A DNA stretch of 64,000 bases from Methylobacteriaceae bacterium. Its GTDB lineage: Bacteria; Pseudomonadota; Alphaproteobacteria; Rhizobiales; Beijerinckiaceae. The translations under genes and the position numbers were made by a program. The DNA lies in assembly GCA_020638135.1 (NCBI GenBank), contig JACKJE010000016.1, forward strand, positions 925-64,924. The letters are read 5' to 3'. Of the stretch, positions 38,779 to 49,235 are shown one piece after another. The notes beneath the pieces are model-generated. The model ran no database searches. It saw nothing but the letters and a program-made list of their open reading frames with translations, and had not been told where the DNA came from. The number at the start of each line of letters is the position of its first letter. The stretch's first letter is position 1.

Positions 38779-38898
38779 TCAGGGGCGGCTAAGAAGCAGC
38801 AGGCCCGAAAGAAGCTTTGCAGAGGCGCGCGCGCGAGCGCCGGCGGGGGCCAGAGGCCCACGGGCGTCGATCAGCGTGCTGGTGGCGAAACGGGCCAC
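38779..38898 (-). promoter_or_regulatory. candidate leuA leader peptide (39 codons, ends KLLSGLLLLSRP)
   Basis: GTG at 38898 is preceded by GAGGA. Six Leu codons fall in the last 12 codons, four of them consecutive. The stop codon sits inside a 12-bp stem. Confidence 0.35.
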
Positions 38899-39080
38899 GG
38901 AATCCTCGCGCAACTTCGTGCGCCGGTCGCGCACGAACAACCCATGGATACATGAAGGCCGCCTGCGCCGCAAGACCCGGCCGCGCGCCACGCCCGCGCC
39001 GGAAGCCAGATTTTCCTTGAGACGGCGCGCGGATCGTGCACTTTCAGCGCACCCGCTGTCCGACAAAACGAGCCGACGAA

Positions 39081-39560
39081 ATGACCGACGATCGCATGAC
39101 GACCTGCAATCCGCCGCCGCCGGAAGGATGGAGCCTGTTCACCCTGCGCGGCGGCTTCATCGACCGCAACGGCCCGCTCTTTTTCCGCGATGACGGCCCG
39201 CACGGCTTCCAGCTCGGCATGCGCATCGAGGACCGCCACTGCAATCCGCGCGGCGTCGGCCACGGCGGCTGGCTGATGACCTTCGCCGATATGATGCTGC
39301 CGATGGCCGCGCACAGGCATCCCAAAGTCGGGCGCTATTTCCTGCCGACCGTCTCGATGTCCGTCGACTTTCTGGCGCCCGCGCCGCTCGGCGCGTGGCT
39401 GACCAGCCAGACCGAAATCCTGCGTGTCACCCGCAATCTCGTCTTTGGCCAGGGGCTCGTCTACGCCGACGACACGCTGGTGGCGCGCGTCAACGGCGTC
39501 TTCAAGATCGGCGAGTCGATCGCGAAACTTTTGGGCGACGCGGACCTGCAGGACGCTTGA
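39081..39560 (+). CDS. PaaI-family (hotdog fold) thioesterase
   Basis: HCNPRGVGHGGWLMTFADM is a typical PaaI/YbdB active-site segment. 159 aa. Confidence 0.8.
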   Translation: MTDDRMTTCNPPPPEGWSLFTLRGGFIDRNGPLFFRDDGPHGFQLGMRIEDRHCNPRGVGHGGWLMTFADMMLPMAAHRHPKVGRYFLPTVSMSVDFLAPAPLGAWLTSQTEILRVTRNLVFGQGLVYADDTLVARVNGVFKIGESIAKLLGDADLQDA

Positions 39561-39615
39561 CCGAAACCGGCGAAGCGGCGAACCTCGCGCGCCTCTCGAT
39601 GGAGCCCCCGCCCCG

Positions 39616-39972
39616 ATGACCCATCGCCTGCCGCCGCTCTCGGTCTGCGCCGCCCTGCTCGCGCTCGCCTCCTGCAATTCGTCGCCTGCGCCGCAGGCCG
39701 TGGCGACCAACCCGGCGCCGCAGCAGCGCGTCGTCAACCCGATCACGCCGCAGGGCTTCAAACTGCCGGAAGGTTCGGGCTGCTCCGGCGCGATCGCCCG
39801 CTATCGCGCGGTCATCGCCAACGACCATCAGACCGGCAATGTCGGCGAGAGCGTCTACAAGCAGATCGAGGGCGAGATTGCAGGCGCCTCGGCCGCCTGC
39901 GCGGCGGGCAGGGACGGCGAAGCCATGAGCCTCATCGCCGCCTCCAAGAGCCGGCACGGCTATCCCGGCTGA
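39616..39972 (+). CDS. hypothetical lipoprotein
   Basis: Lipobox LALASC after MTHRLPPLSVCAALLA. 118 aa. Confidence 0.55.
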   Translation: MTHRLPPLSVCAALLALASCNSSPAPQAVATNPAPQQRVVNPITPQGFKLPEGSGCSGAIARYRAVIANDHQTGNVGESVYKQIEGEIAGASAACAAGRDGEAMSLIAASKSRHGYPG

Positions 39973-40311
39973 GGCGGACAGGCGGCATCCGGCCGGAAAT
40001 GGCCGACGTCGCCGACGGCGATGTCAACGAAGACGGGAGGCGTAAGGGCGCCGCCCCGCGACGCCCGCCTTGATTCCGGCTGATCCAGCGGTACGGTGCT
40101 CAAGTCGATTCATACCGGATGCAATTTGCGGCAAACTAGATCGGCCTGTCGTGTTCGGGCCGCCGCGGGCGGGGCAAGACTTTCCGGGGTCCGATGACGA
40201 GATGAAGAGCATCAGCAGCCACCGCGCAATCGCGCGCATGTCCATTCTCGCCCCGGCCGAACCGTTCGCCCGCGAGACCCCGGCAAGCGGCGGCGCTTCC
40301 GGTTCGCGCCG

Positions 40312-42180
40312 ATGAAACGCAAGATCGCCGCCATCCTCGCCGCCGATGTCGCCGAATACAGCCGGCTCGTCGCCGAGGACGAGGAGGAAACGCTCACGCG
40401 GCTCGCCTCCTGTCGCGACGTGTTCGAGGATTTCGTCGGCAAGGCGCATGGCCGCGTGTTCAACACGGCGGGCGACGCCGTTCTCGCGGAATTTCCCAGC
40501 GCGGTCGAGGCCACGCGTTGCGCCATCGACATCCAGGAATCGCTGCGCACGCGCAACATGGGCTATCCGCCGCACCGGCAGATGCTGTTCCGGATCGGCG
40601 TCACGATCGGCGATGTCGTCGAGCGCGAGGGCGATCTGCTGGGCGACGGCGTCAACATCGCCGCAAGGCTCGAAGGGCTGGCGCAGCCGGGCGGCATCTG
40701 CGTTTCCCGCAGCGTATACGAGCAGGTCGCCAACAAGATCTCCGTGCACTTCAAGGACATTGGCGTCCGCGAGGTGAAGAACATCCCCCAGCCCGTGCAT
40801 GCCTTCATCGTCGAGATGGATGGCGCTGTCCCCGGCGCGTGGCGGCAGGCGCCGGGCGCGCGTGCGAAGCCGCCACGGACGAGCCTGCCGATGATCGCGG
40901 GCGCCATCGGGCTCGGCCTCGGCGTCGCGGCTCTGGCGCTGATCATGCGCAAGCCCGCGAACGACACGCCCACGCAACCGCCAGCGCCGGCCTCGCGCGT
41001 GGAGACGCTGACGCAGAGCTATGCGGAACTGGCGAAATCCGGCGGACTGGTGCAGGACGCCCGTACCGCGCCGCAGCTCTACCACAATGCGCGCAGCTAC
41101 GAGGCGCGCGGCGAATCCGCGGCCGCGCGACAGGCTTACAGCGCGCTGGCCGACCTCGGCGTCGACGCCATCGACGCCCATTTGCGCTATGCGGCCCTGT
41201 TGCGCGCGCAGGACGGCCGCGCCGGCGCGCGCGAGGTCTACGATCGTCTGCGCGAAAAGACGGGCGTCGGCGCCGTGGCCCTCGTCTACGCCACGCTGTT
41301 CGAGGGCGACGAGCGCCGCCGCCGGGTCGAAGCATTCGCGGCCTCGCGGCCGGACTATGGCCCCGCGCAATTGCTGCTCGCCGACGAATATTCCGAAGAC
41401 CGGGTCGGCGCGCAGACGATCGCGGATCGGCGCAGGGAGGCCGATGCGCTCAAGCGCTTTCTCGCCGCCGATGCGGACGGGCGCCTTGCGCCGCATTTCC
41501 TCGATCAGTCCGTTCTCGCCGAATGGCTGGAGCGCGCCCGGCGCCGTCTGGCCGCGCTCGACGCCAACCTCAAGACCGCGAGCGCCGCGCCGGTCGTGAA
41601 ATTCACCCGCTCCGGCGCCGGCTGGAGCGTCGCCATATCGACGCCCGAACCCGCGATTTCGATCGGATGGCGGATCGCCGGCGCCGGCGAATTCACGCCC
41701 ACGGGACAGATCGCCGCCATCGACCAGCGCACGGGTCGCCCCATGCCCAATCCCTCGTTCGAAATGTCCGGGGAAACGCCGGCGACGACGATCGAATTGC
41801 GCTACGAAGACGCCGGCGGCCGGACCGTCGGACCCTTTTCGGTCGCCTTCGATCCGGTCACGGCGCTGGCCGACGGCCATCGCGAATTGCTCGAGCGCTT
41901 CTGGACCTCGTGGCTCGCGTTCGGCGCCGACGGCAAGCTCCTCTACTACAGCCATCTGATGAGCTATCGCTGCGCCATAGCCAAGGTGGAGATCGGTTTC
42001 GACGGCGCGACGCCGTCGCAGGAATTGCCGCTGCCGCCCTGCGACCGCAGCAATCCCTTCTCGATCCCGGCGAGCGCCCGCCCCTATCTCGCCGCCCCGC
42101 CCGGCGCAAAAACTGTCTCCGCCCGCCTCACCTACGTCAACGGCGCGCAATCCGAGACGCGCGAGTTTCGGCGCAAGTAG
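40312..42180 (+). CDS. class III adenylate/guanylate cyclase domain protein with a TM segment and a large C-terminal domain
   Basis: The N-terminus IAAILAADVAEYSRL...FNTAGDAVLAEF...IG...GDV......GDGVNIAARLE is a class III cyclase. TM helix LPMIAGAIGLGLGVAALALIM, then about 390 aa including TPR-like helices. Confidence 0.8.
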   Translation: MKRKIAAILAADVAEYSRLVAEDEEETLTRLASCRDVFEDFVGKAHGRVFNTAGDAVLAEFPSAVEATRCAIDIQESLRTRNMGYPPHRQMLFRIGVTIGDVVEREGDLLGDGVNIAARLEGLAQPGGICVSRSVYEQVANKISVHFKDIGVREVKNIPQPVHAFIVEMDGAVPGAWRQAPGARAKPPRTSLPMIAGAIGLGLGVAALALIMRKPANDTPTQPPAPASRVETLTQSYAELAKSGGLVQDARTAPQLYHNARSYEARGESAAARQAYSALADLGVDAIDAHLRYAALLRAQDGRAGAREVYDRLREKTGVGAVALVYATLFEGDERRRRVEAFAASRPDYGPAQLLLADEYSEDRVGAQTIADRRREADALKRFLAADADGRLAPHFLDQSVLAEWLERARRRLAALDANLKTASAAPVVKFTRSGAGWSVAISTPEPAISIGWRIAGAGEFTPTGQIAAIDQRTGRPMPNPSFEMSGETPATTIELRYEDAGGRTVGPFSVAFDPVTALADGHRELLERFWTSWLAFGADGKLLYYSHLMSYRCAIAKVEIGFDGATPSQELPLPPCDRSNPFSIPASARPYLAAPPGAKTVSARLTYVNGAQSETREFRRK

Positions 42181-42266
42181 GTTGGGCGGGCGGCGCGCCG
42201 CCCCTCCCCTTGACCCCGCCCCCGTCCCGCGCTACCAAACCCGCCGATCAACGCATTGGCGGAACC

Positions 42267-42317
42267 ATGCGCACCAAGCTTATCGTATCGCGAGCGCCTC
42301 AGACGGAGCGGGACTGA
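42267..42317 (+). promoter_or_regulatory. candidate ilvIH leader peptide MRTKLIVSRAPQTERD
   Basis: 16-codon ORF with consecutive Leu-Ile-Val codons. It lies 31 nt upstream of an intrinsic terminator and 93 nt upstream of ilvI. Confidence 0.35.
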
Positions 42318-42346
42318 CCCGCAGCTCCGCCGCTGGCGCTCATTCC

Positions 42347-42371
42347 GAGGTCCCTGACGGGGCCTTTTTTA
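42347..42371 (+). terminator. Rho-independent terminator/attenuator in the ilvI 5' leader
   Basis: GAGGTCCC-TGAC-GGGGCCTTTTTTATT. The stem forms 6-8 bp including G-U pairs and is followed by six T residues, located before the ilvI start. Confidence 0.6.
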
Positions 42372-42410
42372 TTGCCAGAAATTCCGCCAAAAGGACCGCA
42401 GTTCGAGGAG

Positions 42411-44177
42411 ATGGCCATGTCGAGAAAGATGACCGGCGCCGAAATGATCGTGGAAGCCCTGAAGGATCAGGGCGTCGACACTATTTTCGGCTATCCCGGC
42501 GGCGCGGTCCTGCCGATCTACGACGCGATCTTCCACCAGAACAAGGTCAAGCACGTGCTGGTGCGCCACGAGCAGGGCGCAGGCCATGCGGCCGAGGGCT
42601 ATGCCCGCTCGACCGGCAAGGTCGGCGTGCTGCTGGTGACGTCGGGCCCCGGCGCGACCAACGCCGTCACCGCGCTGACCGACGCCCTGATGGACTCGAT
42701 CCCGCTCGTCTGCATCACCGGCCAGGTGCCGACCCATCTGATCGGCTCCGACGCCTTTCAGGAATGCGACACGGTCGGCATCACCCGCCACTGCACCAAG
42801 CACAATTATCTGGTGAAGCGCATCGAGGACCTGCCGCGCATTCTTCACGAGGCCTTCTACGTCGCCTCCAGCGGCCGCCCCGGCCCGGTCGTGATCGACG
42901 TGCCCAAGGACGTGCAGTTCGCGACAGGCACATACCACTTCGCGCGAAATATCCAGCACAAGACCTATCAGCCGCAGCTCAAGGGCGACCGCGCCAAGAT
43001 CAAGAAGGCCGTCGCCATGATGGCCGCCGCCAAGAAGCCGATCTTCTACACCGGCGGCGGCGTCGTCAATTCGGGTTCGGCGGCCTCGACGCTGCTGCGC
43101 GAACTGGTGAAGCTGACGGGCTTCCCGATCACCTCGACGCTGATGGGGCTCGGCGCCTATCCCGCGCCCGATCCGCAATGGGTCGGCATGCTCGGCATGC
43201 ACGGCACGTATGAAGCCAACAATGCCATGCACGATTGCGATCTGATGATCGCCGTCGGCGCGCGCTTCGACGACCGCATCACCGGCCGTCTCGACGCCTT
43301 CTCGCCGGGCTCGAAGAAGATCCACATCGACATCGATCCCTCCTCGATCAACAAGAACGTCAAGGTCGATCTCGGCATCGTCGGCGATTGCGCCCATGTG
43401 CTGGAAGACATGGTCGCGCTCTGGCGTTCGGAAGCGCACGTGGCCGACCGCAAGGCGCTCGACGCCTGGTGGAAGCAGATCGACAAGTGGCGCGCCCGCA
43501 AGTCGCTGTCGTTCCGCAATTCGACCGAGACGATCAAGCCGCAATACGCCATCCAGCGGCTCTACGAGCTGACCAAGGACCGCAAGACCTACATCACGAC
43601 CGAAGTCGGCCAGCACCAGATGTGGGCGGCCCAGCATTATCACTTCAAGGAGCCGAACCGCTGGATGACCTCGGGCGGCCTCGGCACCATGGGCTATGGC
43701 CTGCCGGCCGCCGTCGGCGTGCAGATGGCGCATCCGGACGCGCTGGTCGTCGACATCGCCGGCGAGGCCTCGATCCTGATGAACATCCAGGAGCTGTCGA
43801 CCGCCGTGCAGTTCCGCTGCCCGGTCAAGATTTTCATCCTCAACAACGAATACATGGGCATGGTGCGCCAGTGGCAGGAGCTGCTGCACGGCGGGCGCTA
43901 TTCGCATTCCTATTCGGACGCCCTGCCCGATTTCGTGAAGCTCGCCGAAGCCTACGGCGCGCACGGCATCCGCTGCTCGGACCCGGCCAATCTCGACGAC
44001 GCCATCAAGGAGATGATCGACACGCCGAACGTCGTCATCTTCGACTGCCGGGTCGACAAGGCCGAGAATTGCCTGCCGATGATCCCCTCGGGCAAGGCGC
44101 ACAACGACATGATCCTGCCCGACGAGATCGACGACATCGGGTCCGTGATCGACGACAAGGGGAAGATGCTCGTTTGA
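42411..44177 (+). CDS. ilvI: acetolactate synthase (acetohydroxyacid synthase) large subunit
   Basis: MTGAEMIVEALKDQGVDTIFGYPGGAVLPIYDA. ThDP motif GLGTMGYGLPAAVG...NN..MGMVRQWQ. The start is 42411 or 42417. Confidence 0.95.
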   Translation: MAMSRKMTGAEMIVEALKDQGVDTIFGYPGGAVLPIYDAIFHQNKVKHVLVRHEQGAGHAAEGYARSTGKVGVLLVTSGPGATNAVTALTDALMDSIPLVCITGQVPTHLIGSDAFQECDTVGITRHCTKHNYLVKRIEDLPRILHEAFYVASSGRPGPVVIDVPKDVQFATGTYHFARNIQHKTYQPQLKGDRAKIKKAVAMMAAAKKPIFYTGGGVVNSGSAASTLLRELVKLTGFPITSTLMGLGAYPAPDPQWVGMLGMHGTYEANNAMHDCDLMIAVGARFDDRITGRLDAFSPGSKKIHIDIDPSSINKNVKVDLGIVGDCAHVLEDMVALWRSEAHVADRKALDAWWKQIDKWRARKSLSFRNSTETIKPQYAIQRLYELTKDRKTYITTEVGQHQMWAAQHYHFKEPNRWMTSGGLGTMGYGLPAAVGVQMAHPDALVVDIAGEASILMNIQELSTAVQFRCPVKIFILNNEYMGMVRQWQELLHGGRYSHSYSDALPDFVKLAEAYGAHGIRCSDPANLDDAIKEMIDTPNVVIFDCRVDKAENCLPMIPSGKAHNDMILPDEIDDIGSVIDDKGKMLV

Positions 44178-44198
44178 AGTCGCATCGCGACTTCAAAC
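44172..44198. repeat. perfect 12-bp stem hairpin GTTTGAAGTCGC-ATC-GCGACTTCAAAC overlapping the ilvI stop codon
   Basis: Seen directly. It lies in the ilvI-ilvH junction and shares the GAAGTCG core with 35442-35468. Confidence 0.75.
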
Positions 44199-44214
44199 CA
44201 CGCGCGACAGGCGA

Positions 44215-44865
44215 TTGCTGAGGCAATCGCCGATAGCGCCAAGCCGTACGAGACCGTTTCAGGAATTCGCTCAAGCGGGAACGCCAACGTCCGCCCACTC
44301 CTCGAACCCCGCAATCCCGACCCCCGCCTCCCCGCCCTCCCCCTATTCCTCCGCCGTCGGCAAGTCGAACGTCGAGAGCCATACGCTGTCGGTGCTCGTC
44401 GACAACGAGCCCGGCGTTCTCGCGCGCGTCGTCGGCCTGTTCTCGGGTCGCGGCTACAATATCGAGAGCCTGACCGTCGCCGAGGTCGCCCACGGCGAGC
44501 ATCTCTCGCGCATCACCATCGTCACGACCGGGACGCCCGAGGTGATCGAGCAGATCAGCCATCAGCTCGAGCGCATCGTGCCGATCCACAAGGTGATCGA
44601 CCTCTCGCTCACCAAGCGCGCGATCGAGCGCGAACTTGCGATGGTGAAGGTGCGCGGAACGGGCGAAGCGCGCGTCGAGGCGCTGCGGCTGGCGGAGGCC
44701 TTCCGCGCCAAGGTGATCGACGCCACGACCGAGAGCTTCATCTTCGAACTGACCGGCGCGACCTCCAAGATCGACGATTTCGTCGAACTGATGCGCCCGC
44801 TCGGCCTGGTCGAGGTCTCCCGCACCGGCGTCGCCGCCATTTCGCGCGGGCCTGAGCCGATCTGA
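44215..44865 (+). CDS. ilvH: acetolactate synthase small (regulatory) subunit
   Basis: HTLSVLVDNEPGVLARVVGLFSGRGYNIESLTV ACT domain. The only canonical in-frame start upstream is TTG 44215, which gives a Pro-rich N-terminal extension, so the start is uncertain. Confidence 0.85.
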   Translation: MLRQSPIAPSRTRPFQEFAQAGTPTSAHSSNPAIPTPASPPSPYSSAVGKSNVESHTLSVLVDNEPGVLARVVGLFSGRGYNIESLTVAEVAHGEHLSRITIVTTGTPEVIEQISHQLERIVPIHKVIDLSLTKRAIERELAMVKVRGTGEARVEALRLAEAFRAKVIDATTESFIFELTGATSKIDDFVELMRPLGLVEVSRTGVAAISRGPEPI

Positions 44866-44910
44866 GGGCGCAACCCCGGATTGCGGGCCGAAAGGCCTGC
44901 CGGGGCTTGA

Positions 44911-46198
<1,288 letters not shown>

Positions 46199-46245
46199 TA
46201 GCGCATCTGATCTTGTAGCCGCCACTTGATCGCCGAGCCCGCCCA

Positions 46246-46940
46246 GTGACGCCCACCACCTTGCACAACGTCGCCCTCGCCCTTTCGGGCGCCCCGATCC
46301 TGCGCGACATCTCGTTCGCGCTCGCGCCCGGCGAATGGACCTTCCTCCTCGGCCCGCCCGGCGCCGGCAAGACGACGCTGCTGCGTCTGCCGCCGGCGAG
46401 ATCGCGCCGACGTCAGGCGCGATCGAGCGCGCAGGCGCCGGCATCTTCGTCCACCATTCCATGCCGCTCGACGACACGAAATTTTCGCGTGATATCGTGG
46501 CGGAAGCGATGTCGGGCCCGAATGCCCTCGCGCGCGCGGAAAATCTGCTGAGCGATCTCGGCCTCGAGACCTATCTCGGCCATGAGCCCTTCAGGTTGTC
46601 GCGCGGGCATCGCGCGCGGCTCGCCATCGCACGGGGGATCGCCGCCAAGCCGGCCCTGCTCTGCCTCGACGACCCCTTCTCGCCGATGGACCGTCGCGCC
46701 AAAGCGCTGACAGCCAATGCGCTCGCCCGCGCGGCCGATGAAGATGGACTGGCGATATTCATGGCGAGCAATAACCCGCTCGACGTTCTGCGCTACGCCG
46801 ACCGCATCGCGATCCTGAGCGCGGGGCCGGCGGCAACGATCATCCAGACGATCGCGCACGAGCCGACGCCGGAGGCAAACGACGACGAACTCTCGGCAAG
46901 CGATCTGCATGCGAGATTGTGGCGCGCGCTCGACGGCTGA
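46246..46940 (+). pseudogene. ABC transporter ATP-binding protein with one frame break near 46386-46394
   Basis: Walker A GPPGAGKTTLLRL lies in frame 1. The continuation AGEIAPTSGAIERAG...LSRGHRARLAIARG...LLCLDDPF lies in frame 0. Confidence 0.75.
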
Positions 46941-46942
46941 TT

Positions 46943-47353
46943 TTACTTCACGAACTCGAGCGTCTTGAACGACGTCATCTTGCCTCTGGCCTTGCCGGAG
47001 GCGTCGCGTTGCACGCCGGTCGCGGTCGTGATCTTCACCTTCTTGCCGATCATGGAGCGCGGCATTCCCTGCTTTTCGACCCAGGGGGCGCAGGCCTTGG
47101 CCTCGCAGAGCCCGGTCTCCTCGGCTTTCGCGGTCTTGATCGTCAGATAGCAATTGTCGCCGCACTCGAATTTCCGGATCGCGCCTTCGAGCGTCTTGGT
47201 GGCGGCGATTGCTTTCGCGCTGAGCTTCTTCGGTTTCTTCTTGATGATCCGAAAGGACTGCGTCGGCGCGTCGGGCGCGGGCTGGCGTGTCTGCGCCTGC
47301 GAGCCGCCTGCGAACGCAAGTGCGAGAACGGCGGCGAAAATCTGTACCTTCAT
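46943..47353 (-). CDS. hypothetical secreted protein (136 aa, 4 Cys)
   Basis: Signal peptide MKVQIFAAVLALAFAGGSQAQ. Lys-rich mature part with protein-like composition. Confidence 0.55.
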   Translation of the reverse strand: MKVQIFAAVLALAFAGGSQAQTRQPAPDAPTQSFRIIKKKPKKLSAKAIAATKTLEGAIRKFECGDNCYLTIKTAKAEETGLCEAKACAPWVEKQGMPRSMIGKKVKITTATGVQRDASGKARGKMTSFKTLEFVK

Positions 47354-47427
47354 GTCTCCCCCCGGCGACGATCTACGCAAGAAAACGGGCGCGGCTGGCC
47401 GGCCGCGCCCATCATATGGGGGTTCGA

Positions 47428-47947
47428 TCAGAACTTCACGAGGTCCTTGATCGCGGCTTCCGCATTCGACGGCACGACGCCGCGCTTCACGAAATCGTCC
47501 CAGTTCTTGAACTTGCCCTTGGCGCGGGCCTCGATGATCGCCTTGGCGCGCGCCGGTCCGATCTGCGGCAGCTTGTCGAGATCGTCGGCGCTGGCCGTGT
47601 TGAGATCGATCTTCTTGCCGGTCATCGCAGCGGGAGCAGCTGCAGGCTTGGCGGCGGCGGCAGGCTTGGCAGGCGCGGCCGCCTTGGCGGCAGGCGCGGC
47701 AGGCGCTGCGGCGGGCTTCGCGGGTTCCACCGCCTTGGCTGCGGGCTTGGCAGGCGCCGCGGCGGGTTTGGCGGGTTCTGCAGCCTTGGCCGCGGGCTTG
47801 GCGGCTGGTTTGGCCGGCTCGGCCGCCTTGCCGGCGGCCGGCGGCCTTGAGCGGATTGGAGGTCGCCGGCTGGGTCGCCTGCGCGAAGGCGGCGCCGGTG
47901 GTCAGCGCCGCGAACAGGGTGGCGGCAATCAATTTGCGAGCAATCAT
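47428..47947 (-). pseudogene. ComEA-like helix-hairpin-helix DNA-binding protein with a Pro/Ala/Lys-rich linker, one frame break near 47830-47860
   Basis: The signal peptide MIARKLIAATLFAALTTGAAFAQA is in one frame. The AKPAA-type linker and the HhH domain (IDLNTASADDLDKLPQIGPARAKAIIEAR) are in another frame. Confidence 0.7.
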
Positions 47948-48126
47948 GACATTCCTCGGCGCCCGGGTAGGTTGTGTCGCGCGCTCCGGGCCAGCGCGCG
48001 CAAGTTTCCCCTCCGCGCGATGCGGACGGACACGGCCATGAAACATCCTCGCCGGCCGCGACGCAATCTCTGCCGTCGGGCGCATGAATGGCGGCTGAAC
48101 GCCCAGCCGTGCCGCCACAGGCGCCC

Positions 48127-49077
48127 TTACTGGATCGCCTGTTCGAATTCCGTGACGATCTGCGCGAACGCCTCGCCGGCCGGCGACATCATGCGATCGG
48201 GCGACCAGGCGATGTCGTAGCCGCAGACGAATTGTTCGAGCGAATAGGACAGCGCCACGATCTCCCCTCGATCGACCAACTCCCGTAGGAGGCACATCGG
48301 CGCCCAGCTCACCGCATTGCTGGAGAGAACGACGGCGCGCGCGGCAGGATAGGAATTGACGAGAATCTGCGGTTCGAAGAGACCGCTTTCCGGCAGGATG
48401 CTCCCGCTGGCGCCGAGTTCCTCGGGACGAAACGGCAGCATTTGCGGCCCCATGTGGAAGCCGACCAGCGGATAGGCCGCAATCTGGGCCGGCGTCGCTT
48501 CCGGAAACATCGCCAGGGGATGGCCGGCCCGGCAATAGAAGACATGCCGCCGGCGCGGCAATCGCCGGCACATCAGACCGCGATAGGCCGGGTCAGCTTC
48601 GGGGTCGCCCGGAATCCAGACGATGCCGATATCCGCGTCCCGCTCGCGCAATTTCCGCGCTGCGACGAGTTGGTCGTCGACCGTCAGGTGCACTTTCAGC
48701 TTGGGATACCGACGAACGAGTTCCGCGACGGCCCGCGCGACAGAAACATGCGCGGGATACATGGTCGTCGTGATCGTCAGCTCGCCGCGCTCCTTGTCGC
48801 GCAGGAGCGTGATGTCGTGCCGCAGATCGTCGAATGCTTGCAGCACGGCGTTCGCCTGCCGCAACGCCGCCTCGCCGAAGACGGTCGGCTGCACGGCGCG
48901 CGCGCTCCGGTCGAACAGCTTGACGCCGAGCGCCTCCTCGATGGTCTGCAACCGTCGCGATAACGCCGGCTGTGTCACGCCCAGAGTATCGGCCGCCTTG
49001 ATGAAACTTCCGAGGCGGCCGACCACAGTGATCACCCGCGCGTCGCTTTCCGACCTCATCCCTCCCACCCCCGTCAT
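48127..49077 (-). CDS. LysR family transcriptional regulator
   Basis: HTH FIKAADTLGVTQPALSRRLQTIEEALGVKLFDRS and a LysR substrate-binding domain. 316 aa. Confidence 0.9.
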   Translation of the reverse strand: MTGVGGMRSESDARVITVVGRLGSFIKAADTLGVTQPALSRRLQTIEEALGVKLFDRSARAVQPTVFGEAALRQANAVLQAFDDLRHDITLLRDKERGELTITTTMYPAHVSVARAVAELVRRYPKLKVHLTVDDQLVAARKLRERDADIGIVWIPGDPEADPAYRGLMCRRLPRRRHVFYCRAGHPLAMFPEATPAQIAAYPLVGFHMGPQMLPFRPEELGASGSILPESGLFEPQILVNSYPAARAVVLSSNAVSWAPMCLLRELVDRGEIVALSYSLEQFVCGYDIAWSPDRMMSPAGEAFAQIVTEFEQAIQ

Positions 49078-49235
49078 GCGCCGCAGCGATCAGGAACGGA
49101 CGCGGCTCCACCATCCCCGTTCAGCGCGCTCCACCGTTCATCATTATGCGTACATCAAGGACAATCAACGACATAGAGCTATGCGCAAAGGTTATCGACG
49201 GTTGCGCCAGCGCCGACGCGCCAGACCGCCATCGT

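Noticed and set aside
38779-39066. 95-aa ORF upstream of leuA as a real protein
   Set aside because: It has Arg-rich shadow-like composition and no family resemblance. Only its 3' end (the Leu run) looks meaningful, so it is reinterpreted as a short leader peptide candidate.
47640-47830. Regularly spaced GC-rich short repeats (GGCTTGGC / GGCGCGGC units) that could look like a repeat array
   Set aside because: They encode the low-complexity AKPAA-type linker of the ComEA-like protein on the minus strand. There are no spacers and no CRISPR-like repeat structure.
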